64,000 nucleotides of DNA from Balanoglossus misakiensis (Eukaryota > Animalia > Hemichordata). Of the stretch, positions 30,393 through 43,800 are shown in pieces. The stretch lies in assembly GCA_040954595.2 (NCBI GenBank), contig CM082589.2, positions 10,304,894-10,368,893 on the forward strand. The letters run 5' to 3'. A model generated the notes under the pieces. That model did no database searches. It saw nothing but the letters and a program-made list of their open reading frames with translations, and was not told the origin of the DNA. Within the stretch, counting starts at the first letter, position 1; each line of letters opens with the position of its first letter. The translations under genes and the position numbers were made by a program.

Positions 30393-31318
30393 CTCTGGAT
30401 GCCAAGATATGGAAAAGTAGGTCAAAGGTCACCTGAGGTCATGCAAAATTTGGGCAAGACATTTTGACCCTATACTGGTCCATGTTCAACAAAACAAAAC
30501 CTATAGCCCTATTGGTTAGCCTGGAATTAGGTATGCACATAATTAATGAGATATGCAGGTGTCACAGGTGACCTTCAATTTTGGCTTTTCAATTTTAGTC
30601 CCAACCCTCCAAACGCGAAGTCTGTACCTGCTCTGGATGCCAAGATATGGAAAAGTAGGTCAAAGGTCACCTGAGATCATGCAAAATTTGGGCAAGAAAT
30701 TTTGACCCTATACTGGTCCATGTTCAACAAAAAGCAAACCTATAGCCCTATTGGTTAGCCTGGAATTAGGTATGCACAAAATTAATGAGATATGCAGGTG
30801 TCACAGGTGACCCCAAATTTTGGCTTTTCAATTTTAGTCCCAACCCTCCAAACGCCAAGTCTGTACCTGCTCTGGATGCCAAGATATGGAAAAGTAGGTC
30901 AAAGGTCACCTGAGGTCATGCAAAATTTGGGTAAGAAATTTTGACCCTATACTGGTCCATGCTCAACAAAAACCAAAAGTATAGCCCTATTGGTTAGCCT
31001 GGAATTAGGTATGCACATAATTAATGAGATATGCAGGTGTCACAGGTGACCCATATTTTGGCTTTTCAATTTTAGTCCCAACCCTCCAAACGCCAAGTCT
31101 GTACCTGCTCTGGATGCCGAGATATAGCAAAGTAGGTCAAAGGTCACCTGAGGTCACCCAAAATTTGGGCAAGAAATTTTGACCCTATACTGGTCCATGT
31201 CCCACAAGAACGAAACCTCTAGCCCTATTAGTTAGCCCGGAATTAGGTATGCACATAATTAATGTGTTAAGCAGGTGTTACAGGTAAGCCCAAAAATTTG
31301 CCTTTTATTTTGGCCCCA
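30393..31318. repeat. ~3.9 tandem copies of a 238-239-bp unit inside HINE copy 1
   Basis: CTCTGGATGCC unit starts at 30393, 30631, 30870 and 31108; the fourth unit is more diverged and truncated. Confidence 0.97.
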
Positions 31319-31719
31319 TTGTGCTCACGGACCAATAGACAGTCACTGTACAGGACTATTGCACAGACCAGAATTCCACAATAAGACGTGGACATAGCTT
31401 AACCATAGAGGTATAAGTAAAGTTATAAATTTAATAAAAAGACTAAAAAATTCATAAAAAATAAAACATCCATGATATTAACTTAACACTTACAGGTCGA
31501 TGTGAGGTTGACATAAGGTACATGCATACCAATTTTCAAAGCAATCTGACCAGTAGTTGTTGACTTTCAGAGTTTTGATAAATTTCACATTTTACTGGCT
31601 AATTTGCATATTTTTGGGCCTGGCAACTTCGTTTGGACAAACTCCCATCTACAGCCCAGCCTGCACCTACACACCAAATATTGAGGTGTTACGCGCAGCG
31701 GTTTTCAAGTTTTTGATGT

Positions 31720-31779
31720 GGACGGACATACAGACATACATACATCCATACATACATCCATACATAAATACATGCAGAC
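31720..31779. repeat. Compound tetranucleotide microsatellite (GGAC/ATAC/AGAC/ATCC), 15 units
   Basis: ggac ggac atac agac atac atac atcc atac atac atcc atac ataa atac atgc agac read directly. Confidence 0.95.
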
Positions 31780-31831
31780 GCAACCGATCCCATAAGGTCC
31801 CATGGTATATAGGCCTATACCAATGGGACCT

Positions 31832-34800
31832 AAAAATGACAAATTATCGACTTTGCAAAATCTCACAATTTCGTCGATTTTTGAAAAAAATCATGGGTGA
31901 AAATCATCAAAAAATGACAAATTTTCGACTTTGCAAAATCTCAACATTTCGTCGATTTTTGAAAAAAATCATGGGTGAAAATCATCAAAAAATGACAAAT
32001 TTTCGACTTTGCAAAATCTCAAAATTTCGTCGATTTTTGAAAAAAATCATGGGTGAAAATCATCAAAAAATGACAATTTTTTGTCTTTGCAAAATCTCAA
32101 AATTTGGTCGATTTTTGAAAAACAAAATCATGGGAAAAAATCATCAAAAAATGACAAATTTTCGACTTTGCAAAATCTCAAAATTTCGTCGATTTTGGAA
32201 AAAAAAACATGGGTGAAAATCATCAAAAAATGACAAATTTTCGAATTTGCAAAATCTCAAAATTTCGTCGATTTTTGAAAAAAATCATGGGTTCGTTCAA
32301 TTTTGAAAAAAAACATGGGTGAAAATCATCAAAAAATTACAAATTTTCGACTTTGCAAAATCTCAAAATTTTGTCGATTTTTGAAAAAAAATCATGGGTG
32401 AAAATCATTAATAAATGACAAATTTTCGACTTTGCAAAATCTCAAAATTTCGTCGATTTTTGAAAAAAAATCATGGGTGAAAATCATCAAAAAATTACAA
32501 ATTTTCGACTTTGCAAAATCTCAAAATTTTGTCGATTTTTGAAAAAAAATCATGGGTTCGTTGATTTTTGAAAAAAAACATGGGTGAAAATCATCAAAAA
32601 ATTACAAATTTTCGAATTTGCAAAATCTCAAAATTTTGTCGATTTTTGAAAAAAATCATGGGTGAAAATCATCAAAAAATGACAAATTTTCGACTTTGCA
32701 AAATCTCAACATTTCGTCGATTTTTGAAAAAAATCATAGGTGAAAATCATCAAAAAATGACAAATTTTCGACTTTGCAAAAGCTCAAAATTTCGTCCATT
32801 TTGAAAAAAAATCATAGGTTCGTCGATTTTAAAAAAAAAACTTGGGTGAAAATCATCAAAAAATGACAAATTTTCGACTTTGCAAAAGCTCAAAATTTCG
32901 TCCATTTTGAAAAAAATCATAGGTTCGTCGATTTTAAAAAAAAAACTTGGGTGAAAATCATCAAAAAATTACAAATTTTCGACTTTGCAAAATCTCAAAA
33001 TTTTGTCGATTTTTGAAAAAAAATCATGGGTGAAAATCATTAATAAATGACAAATTTTCGACTTTGCAAAATCTCAAAATTTCGTCGATTTTTGAAAAAA
33101 AATCATGGGTGAAAATCATCAAAAAATTACAAATTTTCGACTTTGCAAAATCTCAAAATTTTGTCGATTTTTGAAAAAAAATCATGGGTTCGTTGATTTT
33201 TGAAAAAAAACATGGGTGAAAATCATCAAAAAATTACAAATTTTCGAATTTGCAAAATCTCAAAATTTTGTCGATTTTTGAAAAAAATCATGGGTGAAAA
33301 TCATCAAAAAATGACAAATTTTCGACTTTGCAAAATCTCAACATTTCGTCGATTTTTGAAAAAAATCATAGGTGAAAATCATCAAAAAATGACAAATTTT
33401 CGACTTTGCAAAATCTCAAAATTTCGTCGATTTTGAAAAAAATCATAGGTTCGTCGATTTTAAAAAAAAAACTTGGGTGAAAATCATCAAAAAATGACAA
33501 ATTTTCGACTTTGCAAAATCTCACAATTTCGTCGATTTTTGAAAAAAATCATGGGAGAAAATCATCAAAAAATGACAAATTTTCGACTTTGCAAAATCTC
33601 AACATTTCGTCGATTTTTGAAAAAAATCATGGGTGAAAATCATCAAAAAATGACAAATTTTCGACTGTGCAAAATCTCAAAATTTCGTCGATTTTTGAAA
33701 AAAAATCATGGTTGAAAATCATCAAAAAATGACAAAATTTTCGACTTTGCAAAATCTCAAAATTTCGTCGATTTTGGAAAAAAAAACATGGGTGAAAATC
33801 ATCAAAAAATGACAAATTTTCGACTTTGCAAAATCTCAAAATTTCGTCGATTTTGGAAAAAAAATCATGGTTGAAAATCATCAAAAAATGACAAAATTTT
33901 CGACTTTGCAAAATCTCAAAATTTCGTCGATTTTGGAAAAAAAAACATGGGTGAAAATCATCAAAAAATGACAAATTTTCGACTTTGCAAAATCTCAAAA
34001 TTTCGTCGATTTTTGAGAAAAATCATGGGTGAAAATCATCAAAAAACGACAAATTTTCGTCTTTGCAAAATCTCAACATTTCGTCGATTTTTGAAAAAAA
34101 TCATGGGTGAAAATCATCAAAAAATGACAAATTTTCGACTGTGCAAAATCTCAAAATTTCGTCGATTTTTGAAAAAAAATCATGGTTGAAAATCATCAAA
34201 AAATGACAAATTTTCGACTGTGCAAAATCTCAAAATTTCGTCGATTTTGGAAAAAAAAACATGGGTGAAAATCATCAAAAAATGACAAATTTTCGAATTT
34301 GCAAAATCTCAAAATTTCGTCGATTTTTGAAAAAAATCATGGGTTCGTTCAATTTTGAAAAAAAACATGGGTGAAAATCATCAAAAAATTACAAATTTTC
34401 GACTTTGCAAAATCTCAAAATTTTGTCGATTTTTGAAAAAAAATCATGGGTGAAAATCATTAATAAATGACAAATTTTCGACTTTGCAAAATCTCAAAAT
34501 TTCGTCGATTTTTGAAAAAAAATCATGGGTGAAAATCATCAAAAAATTACAAATTTTCGACTTTGCAAAATCTCAAAATTTCGTCGATTTTTGAGAAAAA
34601 TCATGGGTGAAAATCATCAAAAAATGACAAATTTTCGACTTTGCAAAATCTCAAAATTTTGTCGATTTTTGAAAAAAAATCATGGGTTCGTTGATTTTTG
34701 AAAAAAAACATGGGTGAAAATCATCAAAAAATTACAAATTTTCGAATTTGCAAAATCTCAAAATTTTGTCGATTTTTGAAAAAAATCATGGGTGAAAATC

Positions 34801-37800
34801 ATCAAAAAATGACACATTTTCGACTTTGCAAAATCTCAAAATTTCGTCGATTTTTGAAAAAAATCATGGGTGAAAATCATCAAAAAATGACAAATTTTCG
34901 ACTTTGCAAAATCTCAAAATTTCGTCGATTTTTGAAAAAAATCATGGGTTCGTTCAATTTTGAAAAAAAACATGGGTGAAAATCATCAAAAAATTACAAA
35001 TTTTCGACTTTGCAAAATCTCAAAATTTTGTCGATTTTTGAAAAAAAATCATGGGTGAAAATCATTAATAAATGACAAATTTTCGACTTTGCAAAATCTC
35101 AAAATTTCGTCGATTTTTGAAAAAAAATCATGGGTGAAAATCATCAAAAAATTACAAATTTTCGACTTTGCAAAATCTCAAAATTTCGTCGATTTTTGAG
35201 AAAAATCATGGGTGAAAATCATCAAAAAATGACAAATTTTCGACTTTGCAAAATCTCAAAATTTCGTCGATTTTTGAAAAAAATCATGGGTTCGTTCAAT
35301 TTTGAAAAAAAACATGGGTGAAAATCATCAAAAAATTACAAATTTTCGACTTTGCAAAATCTCAAAATTTTGTCGATTTTTGAAAAAAAATCATGGGTGA
35401 AAATCATTAATAAATGACAAATTTTCGACTTTGCAAAATCTCAAAATTTCGTCGATTTTTGAAAAAAAATCATGGGTGAAAATCATCAAAAAATTACAAA
35501 TTTTCGACTTTGCAAAATCTCAAAATTTCGTCGATTTTTGAGAAAAATCATGGGTGAAAATCATCAAAAAATGACAAATTTTCGACTTTGCAAAATCTCA
35601 AAATTTTGTCGATTTTTGAAAAAAAATCATGGGTTCGTTGATTTTTGAAAAAAAACATGGGTGAAAATCATCAAAAAATTACAAATTTTCGAATTTGCAA
35701 AATCTCAAAATTTTGTCGATTTTTGAAAAAAATCATGGGTGAAAATCATCAAAAAATGACACATTTTCGACTTTGCAAAATCTCAAAATTTCGTCGATTT
35801 TTGAAAAAAATCATGGGTGAAAATCATCAAAAAATGACAAATTTTCGACTTTGCAAAATCTCAAAATTTCGTCGATTTTTGAAAAAAATCATGGGTTCGT
35901 TCAATTTTGAAAAAAAACATGGGTGAAAATCATCAAAAAATTACAAATTTTCGACTTTGCAAAATCTAAAAATTTTGTCGATTTTTGAAAAAAATCATGG
36001 GTGAAAATCATCAAAAAATGACAAATTTTCGTCTTTGCAAAATCTCAAAATTTCGTCGATTTTTGAAAAAAAAAAAATCATGGGTAAAAATCATCAAAAA
36101 ATTACAAATTTTCGACTTTGCAAAATCTAAAAATTTTGTCGATTTTTGAAAAAAATCATGGGTGAAAATCATCAAAAAATGACAAATTTTCGACTTTGCA
36201 AAATCTCAAAATTTCGTCGATTTTTGAAAAAAAAAACATGGGTGAAAATCATCAAAAAATGACAAATTTTCGACTTTGCAAAATCTCAAAATTTCGTCGA
36301 TTTTTGAAAAAAATCATGGGTTCGTTCAATTTTGAAAAAAAACATGGGTGAAAATCATCAAAAAATTACAAATTTTCGACTTTGCAAAATCTCAAAATTT
36401 TGTCGATTTTTGAAAAAAAATCATGGGTGAAAATCATTAATAAATGACAAATTTTCGACTTTGCAAAATCTCAAAATTTCGTCGATTTTTGAAAAAAAAT
36501 CATGGGTGAAAATCATCAAAAAATTACAAATTTTCGACTTTGCAAAATCTCAAAATTTCGTCGATTTTTGAGAAAAATCATGGGTGAAAATCATCAAAAA
36601 ATGACAAATTTTCGACTTTGCAAAATCTCAAAATTTTGTCGATTTTTGAAAAAAAATCATGGGTTCGTTGATTTTTGAAAAAAAACATGGGTGAAAATCA
36701 TCAAAAAATTACAAATTTTCGAATTTGCAAAATCTCAAAATTTTGTCGATTTTTGAAAAAAATCATGGGTGAAAATCATCAAAAAATGACAAATTTTCGA
36801 CTTTGCAAAATCTCAAAATTTCGTCGATTTTTGAAAAAAATCATGGGTTCGTTCAATTTTGAAAAAAAACATGGGTGAAAATCATCAAAAAATTACAAAT
36901 TTTCGACTTTGCAAAATCTCAAAAATTTGTCGATTTTTGAAAAAAAATCATGGGTGAAAATCATCAAAAAATGACAAATTTTCGACTTTGCAAAATCTCA
37001 AAATTTCGTAAATTTTTGAAAAAAAGTCATGGGTGAAAATCATCAAAAAATTACAAATTTTCGTCTTTGCAAAATCTCAAAATTTCGTCGATTTTTGAAA
37101 AAAAAAAATCATGGGTAAAAATCATCAAAAAATTACAAATTTTCGACTTTGCAAAATCTAAAAATTTTGTCGATTTTTGAAAAAAATCATGGGTGAAAAT
37201 CATCAAAAAATGACAAATTTTCGACTTTGCAAAATCTCAAAATTTCGTCGATTTTTGAAAAAAAAACATGGGTGAAAATCATCAAAAAATGACAAATTTT
37301 CGACTTTGCAAAATCTCAAAATTTCGTCGATTTTTGAAAAAAATCATGGGTTCGTTCAATTTTGAAAAAAAACATGGGTGAAAATCATCAAAAAATTACA
37401 AATTTTCGACTTTGCAAAATCTCAAAATTTTGTCGATTTTTGAAAAAAAATCATGGGTGAAAATCATTAATAAATGACAAATTTTCGACTTTGCAAAATC
37501 TCAAAATTTCGTCGATTTTTGAAAAAAAATCATGGGTGAAAATCATCAAAAAATTACAAATTTTCGACTTTGCAAAATCTCAAAATTTCGTCGATTTTTG
37601 AGAAAAATCATGGGTGAAAATCATCAAAAAATGACAAATTTTCGACTTTGCAAAATCTCAAAATGTTGTCAATTTTTTAAAAAATTCATGAGTTCGTTGA
37701 TTTTTTAAAAAAAACATTGGTGTCAATTTTTGAAAAAAATCATGGGTTCGTTGATTTTTAAAAAAAAACATTGGTGAAAATCATCAAAAAATTACAAATT

Positions 37801-40800
37801 TTCGACTTTGCAAAATCTCAAAATTTCGTACATTTTTGAAAAAAAATCATGGGTGAAAATCATCAAAAAATGACAAATTTTCGACTTTGCAAAATCTCAA
37901 AATTTCGTCGATTTTTGAAAAAAATCACGGGTGAAAATCATCAAAAAATGACAAATTTTCGTCTTTGCTAAATCTCAAAATTTCGTCGATTTTTGAAAAA
38001 AATCATGGGTGAAAATCATCAAAAAATGACAAATTTTCGACTTTGCAAAATCTCAAAATTTCGTACATTTTTAAAAAAAAATCATGGGTGAAATTCATCA
38101 AAAAATGACAAATTTTCGTCTTTGCAAAATCTCAAAATTTCGCCGATTTTTGAAAAAAACAATCATGGTGAAAATCATCAAAAAATGACAAATTTTCGAC
38201 TTTGCAAAATCTCAAAATGTTGTCAATTTTTTAAAAAAATCATGAGTTCGTTGATTTTTAAAAAAAAACATTGGTGTCAATTTTTGAAAAAAATCATGGG
38301 TTCGTTGATTTTTAAAAAAAAACATTGGTGAAAATCATCAAAAAATTACAAATTTTCGACTTTGCAAAATCTAAAAATTTCGTACATTTTTGAAAAAAAA
38401 TCATGGGTGAAAATCATCAAAAAATGACAAATTTTCGTCTTTGCAAAATCTCAAAATTTCGTCGTTTTTTAAAAAAAAATCATGGTGAAAATCATCAAAA
38501 AATGACAAATTGTCGACTTTGCAAAATCTAAAAATTTTGTCGATTTTTGAAAAAAATCATGGGTGAAAATAATCAAAAAATGACAAATTTTCGACTTTGC
38601 AAAATCTCAAAATTTCGTCGATTTTTGAAAAAAATCATGGGTGAAAATCATCAAAAAATGACAAATTTTCGACTTTGCAAAATCTCAAAATTTCGTCGAT
38701 TTTTGAAAAAAATCATGGGTTCGTTCAATTTTGAAAAAAAACGGGTGAAAATCATCAAAAAATTACAAATTTTCGACTTTGCAAAATCTCAAAATTTTGT
38801 CGATTTTTGAAAAAAAATCATGGGTGAAAATCATTAATAAATGACAAATTTTCGACTTTGCAAAATCTCAAAATTTCGTCGATTTTTGAAAAAAAATCAT
38901 GGGTGAAAATCATCAAAAAATGACAAATTTTCGACTTTGCAAAATCTCAAAATTTCGTCGATTTTTGAGAAAAATCATGGGTGAAAATCATCAAAAAATG
39001 ACAAATTTTCGACTTTGCAAAATCTCAAAATTTTGTCGATTTTTGAAAAAAAATCATGGGTTCGTTGATTTTTGAAAAAAAACATGGGTGAAAATCATCA
39101 AAAAAGTACAAATTTTCGAATTTGCAAAATCTCAAAATTTCGTCGATTTTTGAAAAAAAAACATGGGTGAAAATCATCAAAAAATGACAAATTTTCGACT
39201 TTGCAAAATCTCAAAATTTCGTAAATTTTTGAAAAAAAGTCATGGGTGAAAATCATCAAAAAATTACAAATTTTCGTCTTTGCAAAATCTCAAAATTTCG
39301 TCGATTTTTGAAAAAAATCATGGGTGAAAATCATCAAAAAATGACAAATTTTCGACTTTGCAAAATCTCAAAATTTTGTCGATTTTTGAAAAAAAATCAT
39401 GGGTTCGTTGATTTTTGAAAAAAAACATGGGTGAAAATCATCAAAAAATTACAAATTTTCGAATTTGCAAAATCTCAAAATTTCGTCGATTTTTGAAAAA
39501 AAACATGGGTGAAAATCATCAAAAAATGACAAATTTTCGACTTTGCAAAATCTCAAAATTTCGTAAATTTTTGAAAAAAAGTCATGGGTGAAAATCATCA
39601 AAAAATTACAAATTTTCGTCTTTGCAAAATCTCAAAATTTCGTCGATTTTTGAAAAAAAAAATCATGGGTAAAAATCATCAAAAAATAACAAATTTTCGA
39701 CTTTGCAAAATCTAAAAATTTTGTCGATTTTTGAAAAAAATCATGGGTGAAAATCATCAAAAAATGACAAATTTTCGACTTTGCAAAATCTCAAAATTTC
39801 GTCGATTTTTGAAAAAAATCATGGGTTCGTTCAATTTTGAAAAAAAACATGGGTGAAAATCATCAAAAAATTACAAATTTTCGACTTTGCAAAATCTCAA
39901 AATTTTGTCGATTTTTGAAAAAAAATCATGGGTGAAAATCATTAATAAATGACAAATTTTCGACTTTGCAAAATCTCAAAATTTCGTCGATTTTTGAAAA
40001 AAAATCATGGGTGAAAATCATCAAAAAATTACAAATTTTCGACTTTGCAAAATCTCAAAATTTCGTCGATTTTCGAGAAAAATCATGGGTGAAAATCATC
40101 AAAAAATGACAAATTTTCGACTTTGCAAAAACTCAAAATTTTGTCGATTTTTGAAAAAAAATCATGGGTTCGTTGATTTTTGAAAAAAAACATGGGTGAA
40201 AATCATCAAAAAATTACAAATTTTCGAATTTGCAAAATCTCAAAATTTTGTCGATTTTTGAAAAAAATCATGGGTGAAAATAATCAAAAAATTACAAATT
40301 TTCGACTTTGCAAAATCTAAAAATTTTGTCGATTTTTGAAAAAAATCATGGGTGAAAATCATCAAAAAATGACAAATTTTCGACTTTGCAAAATCTCAAA
40401 ATTTTGTCGATTTTTGAAAAAAAATCATGGGTTCGTTGATTTTTGAAAAAAAACATGGGTGAAAATCATCAAAAAATTACAAATTTTCGACTATGCAAAA
40501 TCTCAAAATTTAGTCGATTTTTGAAAAAAATCATGGGTTCGTTCAATTTTGAAAAAAAACATGGGTGAAAATCATCAAAAAATTACAAATTTTCGACTTT
40601 GCAAAATCTCAAAATTTTGTCGATTTTTGAAAAAAAATCATGGGTGAAAATCATTAATAAATGACAAATTTTCGACTTTGCAAAATCTCAAAATTTCGTC
40701 GATTTTTGAAAAAAAATCATGGGTGAAAATCATCAAAAAATTACAAATTTTCGACTTTGCAAAATCTCAAAATTTCGTCGATTTTTGAGAAAAATCATGG

Positions 40801-43800
40801 GTGAAAATCATCAAAAAATGACAAATTTTCGACTTTGCAAAATCTCAAAATTTTGTCGATTTTTGAAAAAAAATCATGGGTTCGTTGATTTTTGAAAAAA
40901 AACATGGGTGAAAATCATCAAAAAATTACAAATTTTCGAATTTGCAAAATCTCAAAATTCCTTAAATTTTTGAAAAAAAGTCATGGGTGAAAATCATCAA
41001 AAAATTACAAATTTTCGTCTTTGCAAAATCTCAAAATTTCGTCGATTTTTGAAAAAAAAAATCATGGGTAAAAATCATCAAAAAATTACAAATTTTCGAC
41101 TTTGCAAAATCTAAAAAATTTGTCGATTTTTGAAAAAAATCATGGGTGAAAATCATCAAAAAATGACAAATTTTCGACTTTGCAAAATCTCAAAATTTCG
41201 TAGATTTTTGAAAAAAAAAAATCATGGGTAAAAATCATCAAAAAATTACAAATTTTCGACTTTGCAAAATCTAAAAATTTTGTCGATTTTTGAAAACAAT
41301 CATGGGTGAAAATCATCAAAAAATGACAAATTTTCGACTTTGCAAAATCTCAAAATTTTGTCGATTTTTGAAAAAAAATCATGGGTGAAAATCATTAATA
41401 AATGACAAATTTTCGACTTTGCAAAATCTCAAAATTTCGTCGATTTTTGAAAAAAAATCATGGGTGAAAATCATCAAAAAATTACAAATTTTCGACTTTG
41501 CAAAATCTCAAAATTTCGTCGATTTTTGAGAAAAATCATGGGTGAAAATCATCAAAAAATGACAAATTTTCGACTTTGCAAAATCTCAAAATTTTGTCGA
41601 TTTTTGAAAAAAATCATGGGTTCGTTCAATTTTGAAAAAAAACATGGGTGAAAATCATCAAAAAATTACAAATTTTCGACTTTGCAAAATCTCAAAATTT
41701 CGTCGATTTTTGAAAAAAAATCATGGGTGAAAATCATCAAAAAATTACAAATTTTCGACTTTGCAAAATCTCAAAATTTTGTCGATTTTTGAAAAAAAAT
41801 CATGGGTTCGTTGATTTTTGAAAAAAAACATGGGTGAAAATCATCAAAAAATTACAAATTTTCGAATTTGCAAAATCACAAAATTTCGTCGATTTTTGAA
41901 AAAAAAACATGGGTGAAAATCATCAAAAAATTACAAATTTTCGACTTTGCAAAATCTCAAAATTTCGTAAATTTTTGAAAAAAAGTCATGGGTGAAAATC
42001 ATCAAAAAATTACAAATTTTCGTCTTTGCAAAATCACAAAATTTCGTCGATTTTTGAAAAAAAAATCATGGGTAAAAATCATCAAAAAATTACAAATTTT
42101 CGACTTTGCAAAATCTAAAAATTTTGTCGATTTTTGAAAAAAATCATGGGTGAAAATCATCAAAAAATGACAAATTTTCGTCTTTGCAAAATCTCAAAAT
42201 TTCGTCCATTTTTGAATAAAAATCATGGGTGAAAATCATCAAAAAATGACACATTTTCGACTTTGCAAAATCTAAAAATTTCGTCGATTTTTGAAAAAAA
42301 TCATGGTTGAAAATCATCAAAAAATGACAAAATTTTCGACTTTGTAAAATCACAAAATTTCGTCGATTTTGAAAAAAATCATAGGTTCGTCGATTTCTAA
42401 AAAAAAACATGGGTGAAAATCATCAAAAAATGACAAATTTTCGACTTTGCAAAATCTCAAAATTTCGTCGATTTTTGAAAAAAATCATGGGTGAAAATCA
42501 TCAAAAAATGACAAATTTTCGACTTCGCAAAATCTCAAAATTTCGTCAATTTTTGAAAAAATCAGGGGTAAAAATCATCAAAAAATGACAAATTTTCGTC
42601 TTTGCTAAATCTCAAAATTTCGTCGGTTTTTGAAAAATAATATGGGTGAAAATCATCAAAAAATGACAAATTTTCGACTTTGCAAAATCTCAAAATTTCG
42701 TCCATTTTTGAAAAAAAATCATGGGTAAAAATCATCAAAAAATGACAAATTTTCGTCTTTGCAAAATCTCAAAATTTCTTCCATTTAAAAAAAAAAGCAT
42801 GGGGGAAAATCATCAAAAAATGACAAATTTTCGTCTTTTCAAAATCTCAAAATTTCGTCCATTTAAAAAAAAAAACATGGGTGAAAATCATCAAAAAATG
42901 ACAAATTTTTGACTTTTCAAAATCTCACAATTTCGTCGATTTTTGAAAAAAATCATGGGTGAAAATCATCAAAAAATGACAAATTATCGACTTTGCAAAA
43001 TCTCAAAATTTCGTCGATTTTGAAAAAAACCATTGGGGGAAAATCATCAAAAAATGACAAATTATCGACTTTGCAAAATCTCAAAATTTCGTCCATTTTA
43101 AAAAAAAAACATGGGGGAAAATCATCAAAAAATGACAAATTTTCGACTTTGCAAAATCTCAAAATTTCGTCGATTTTGAAAAAAAACATTGGGGGAAAAT
43201 CATCAAAAAATGACAAATTATCGACTTTGCACAATCTCACAATTTCGTCGATTTTTGAAAAAAATCATGGGTGAAAATCATCAAAAAATTACAAATTTTC
43301 GACTTTGCAAAATCTCAACATTTCGTCGATTTTTGAAAAAAATCATGGGTGAAAATTATCAAAAAATGACAAATTTTCGACTTTGCAAAATCTCACAATT
43401 TCGTCGATTTTTGAAAAAAATCATGGGTGAAAATCATCAAAAAATTAAAAATTTTCGACTTTGCAAAATCTCAACATTTCGTCGATTTTTGAAAAAAATC
43501 ATGGGTGCAAATCATCAAAAAATTACAAATTTTCGACTTTGCAAAATCTCAAAATTTCGTCGATTTTTGAAAAAAAATCATGGGTGAAAATCATCAAAAA
43601 ATTACAAATTTTCGACTTTGCAAAATCTCAAAATTTTGTCGATTTTTGAAAAAAAATCATGGGTTCGTTGATTTTTGAAAAAAAACATGGGTGAAAATCA
43701 TCAAAAAATTACAAATTTTCGACTTTGCAAAATCTCAAAATTTCGTAAATTTTTGAAAAAAAGTCATGGGTGAAAATCATCAAAAAATGACAAATTTTCG

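Larger units (their letters stand above)
30326..31831 (-). mobile_element. Non-autonomous Helentron-associated element (HINE / DINE-1-like), copy 1, 1506 bp
   Basis: On the minus strand: T-run, 37-bp imperfect palindrome containing the subTIR (31795-31831), tetranucleotide microsatellite ending GTCTGTATGTCCGTCC, unique core, central 238-bp tandem repeats, second subTIR (GGTCCCATT 30343-30351 vs AATGGGACC 31822-31830), short terminal hairpin AGTGTC-CTT-GACGCT (30326-30340), T-run. Inserted in an A/T run; no transposase ORF. This order matches the known DINE-1/HINE architecture. Confidence 0.8.

Noticed and set aside
30320-31837. AAAAAT on both sides of HINE copy 1 as a target-site duplication
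   Set aside because: Copy 2 has only AAAAT on the right, and the overall structure fits Helentron-type T-run termini. It cannot be fully excluded, but a true TSD is not supported.
31557-32216. 219-aa ORF with hydrophobic N-terminus (and its 89-aa twin at 55262-55531)
   Set aside because: It starts at TTG and runs through the HINE core, microsatellite and hairpin into satellite; the twin terminates differently because of one A. Chance read-through.
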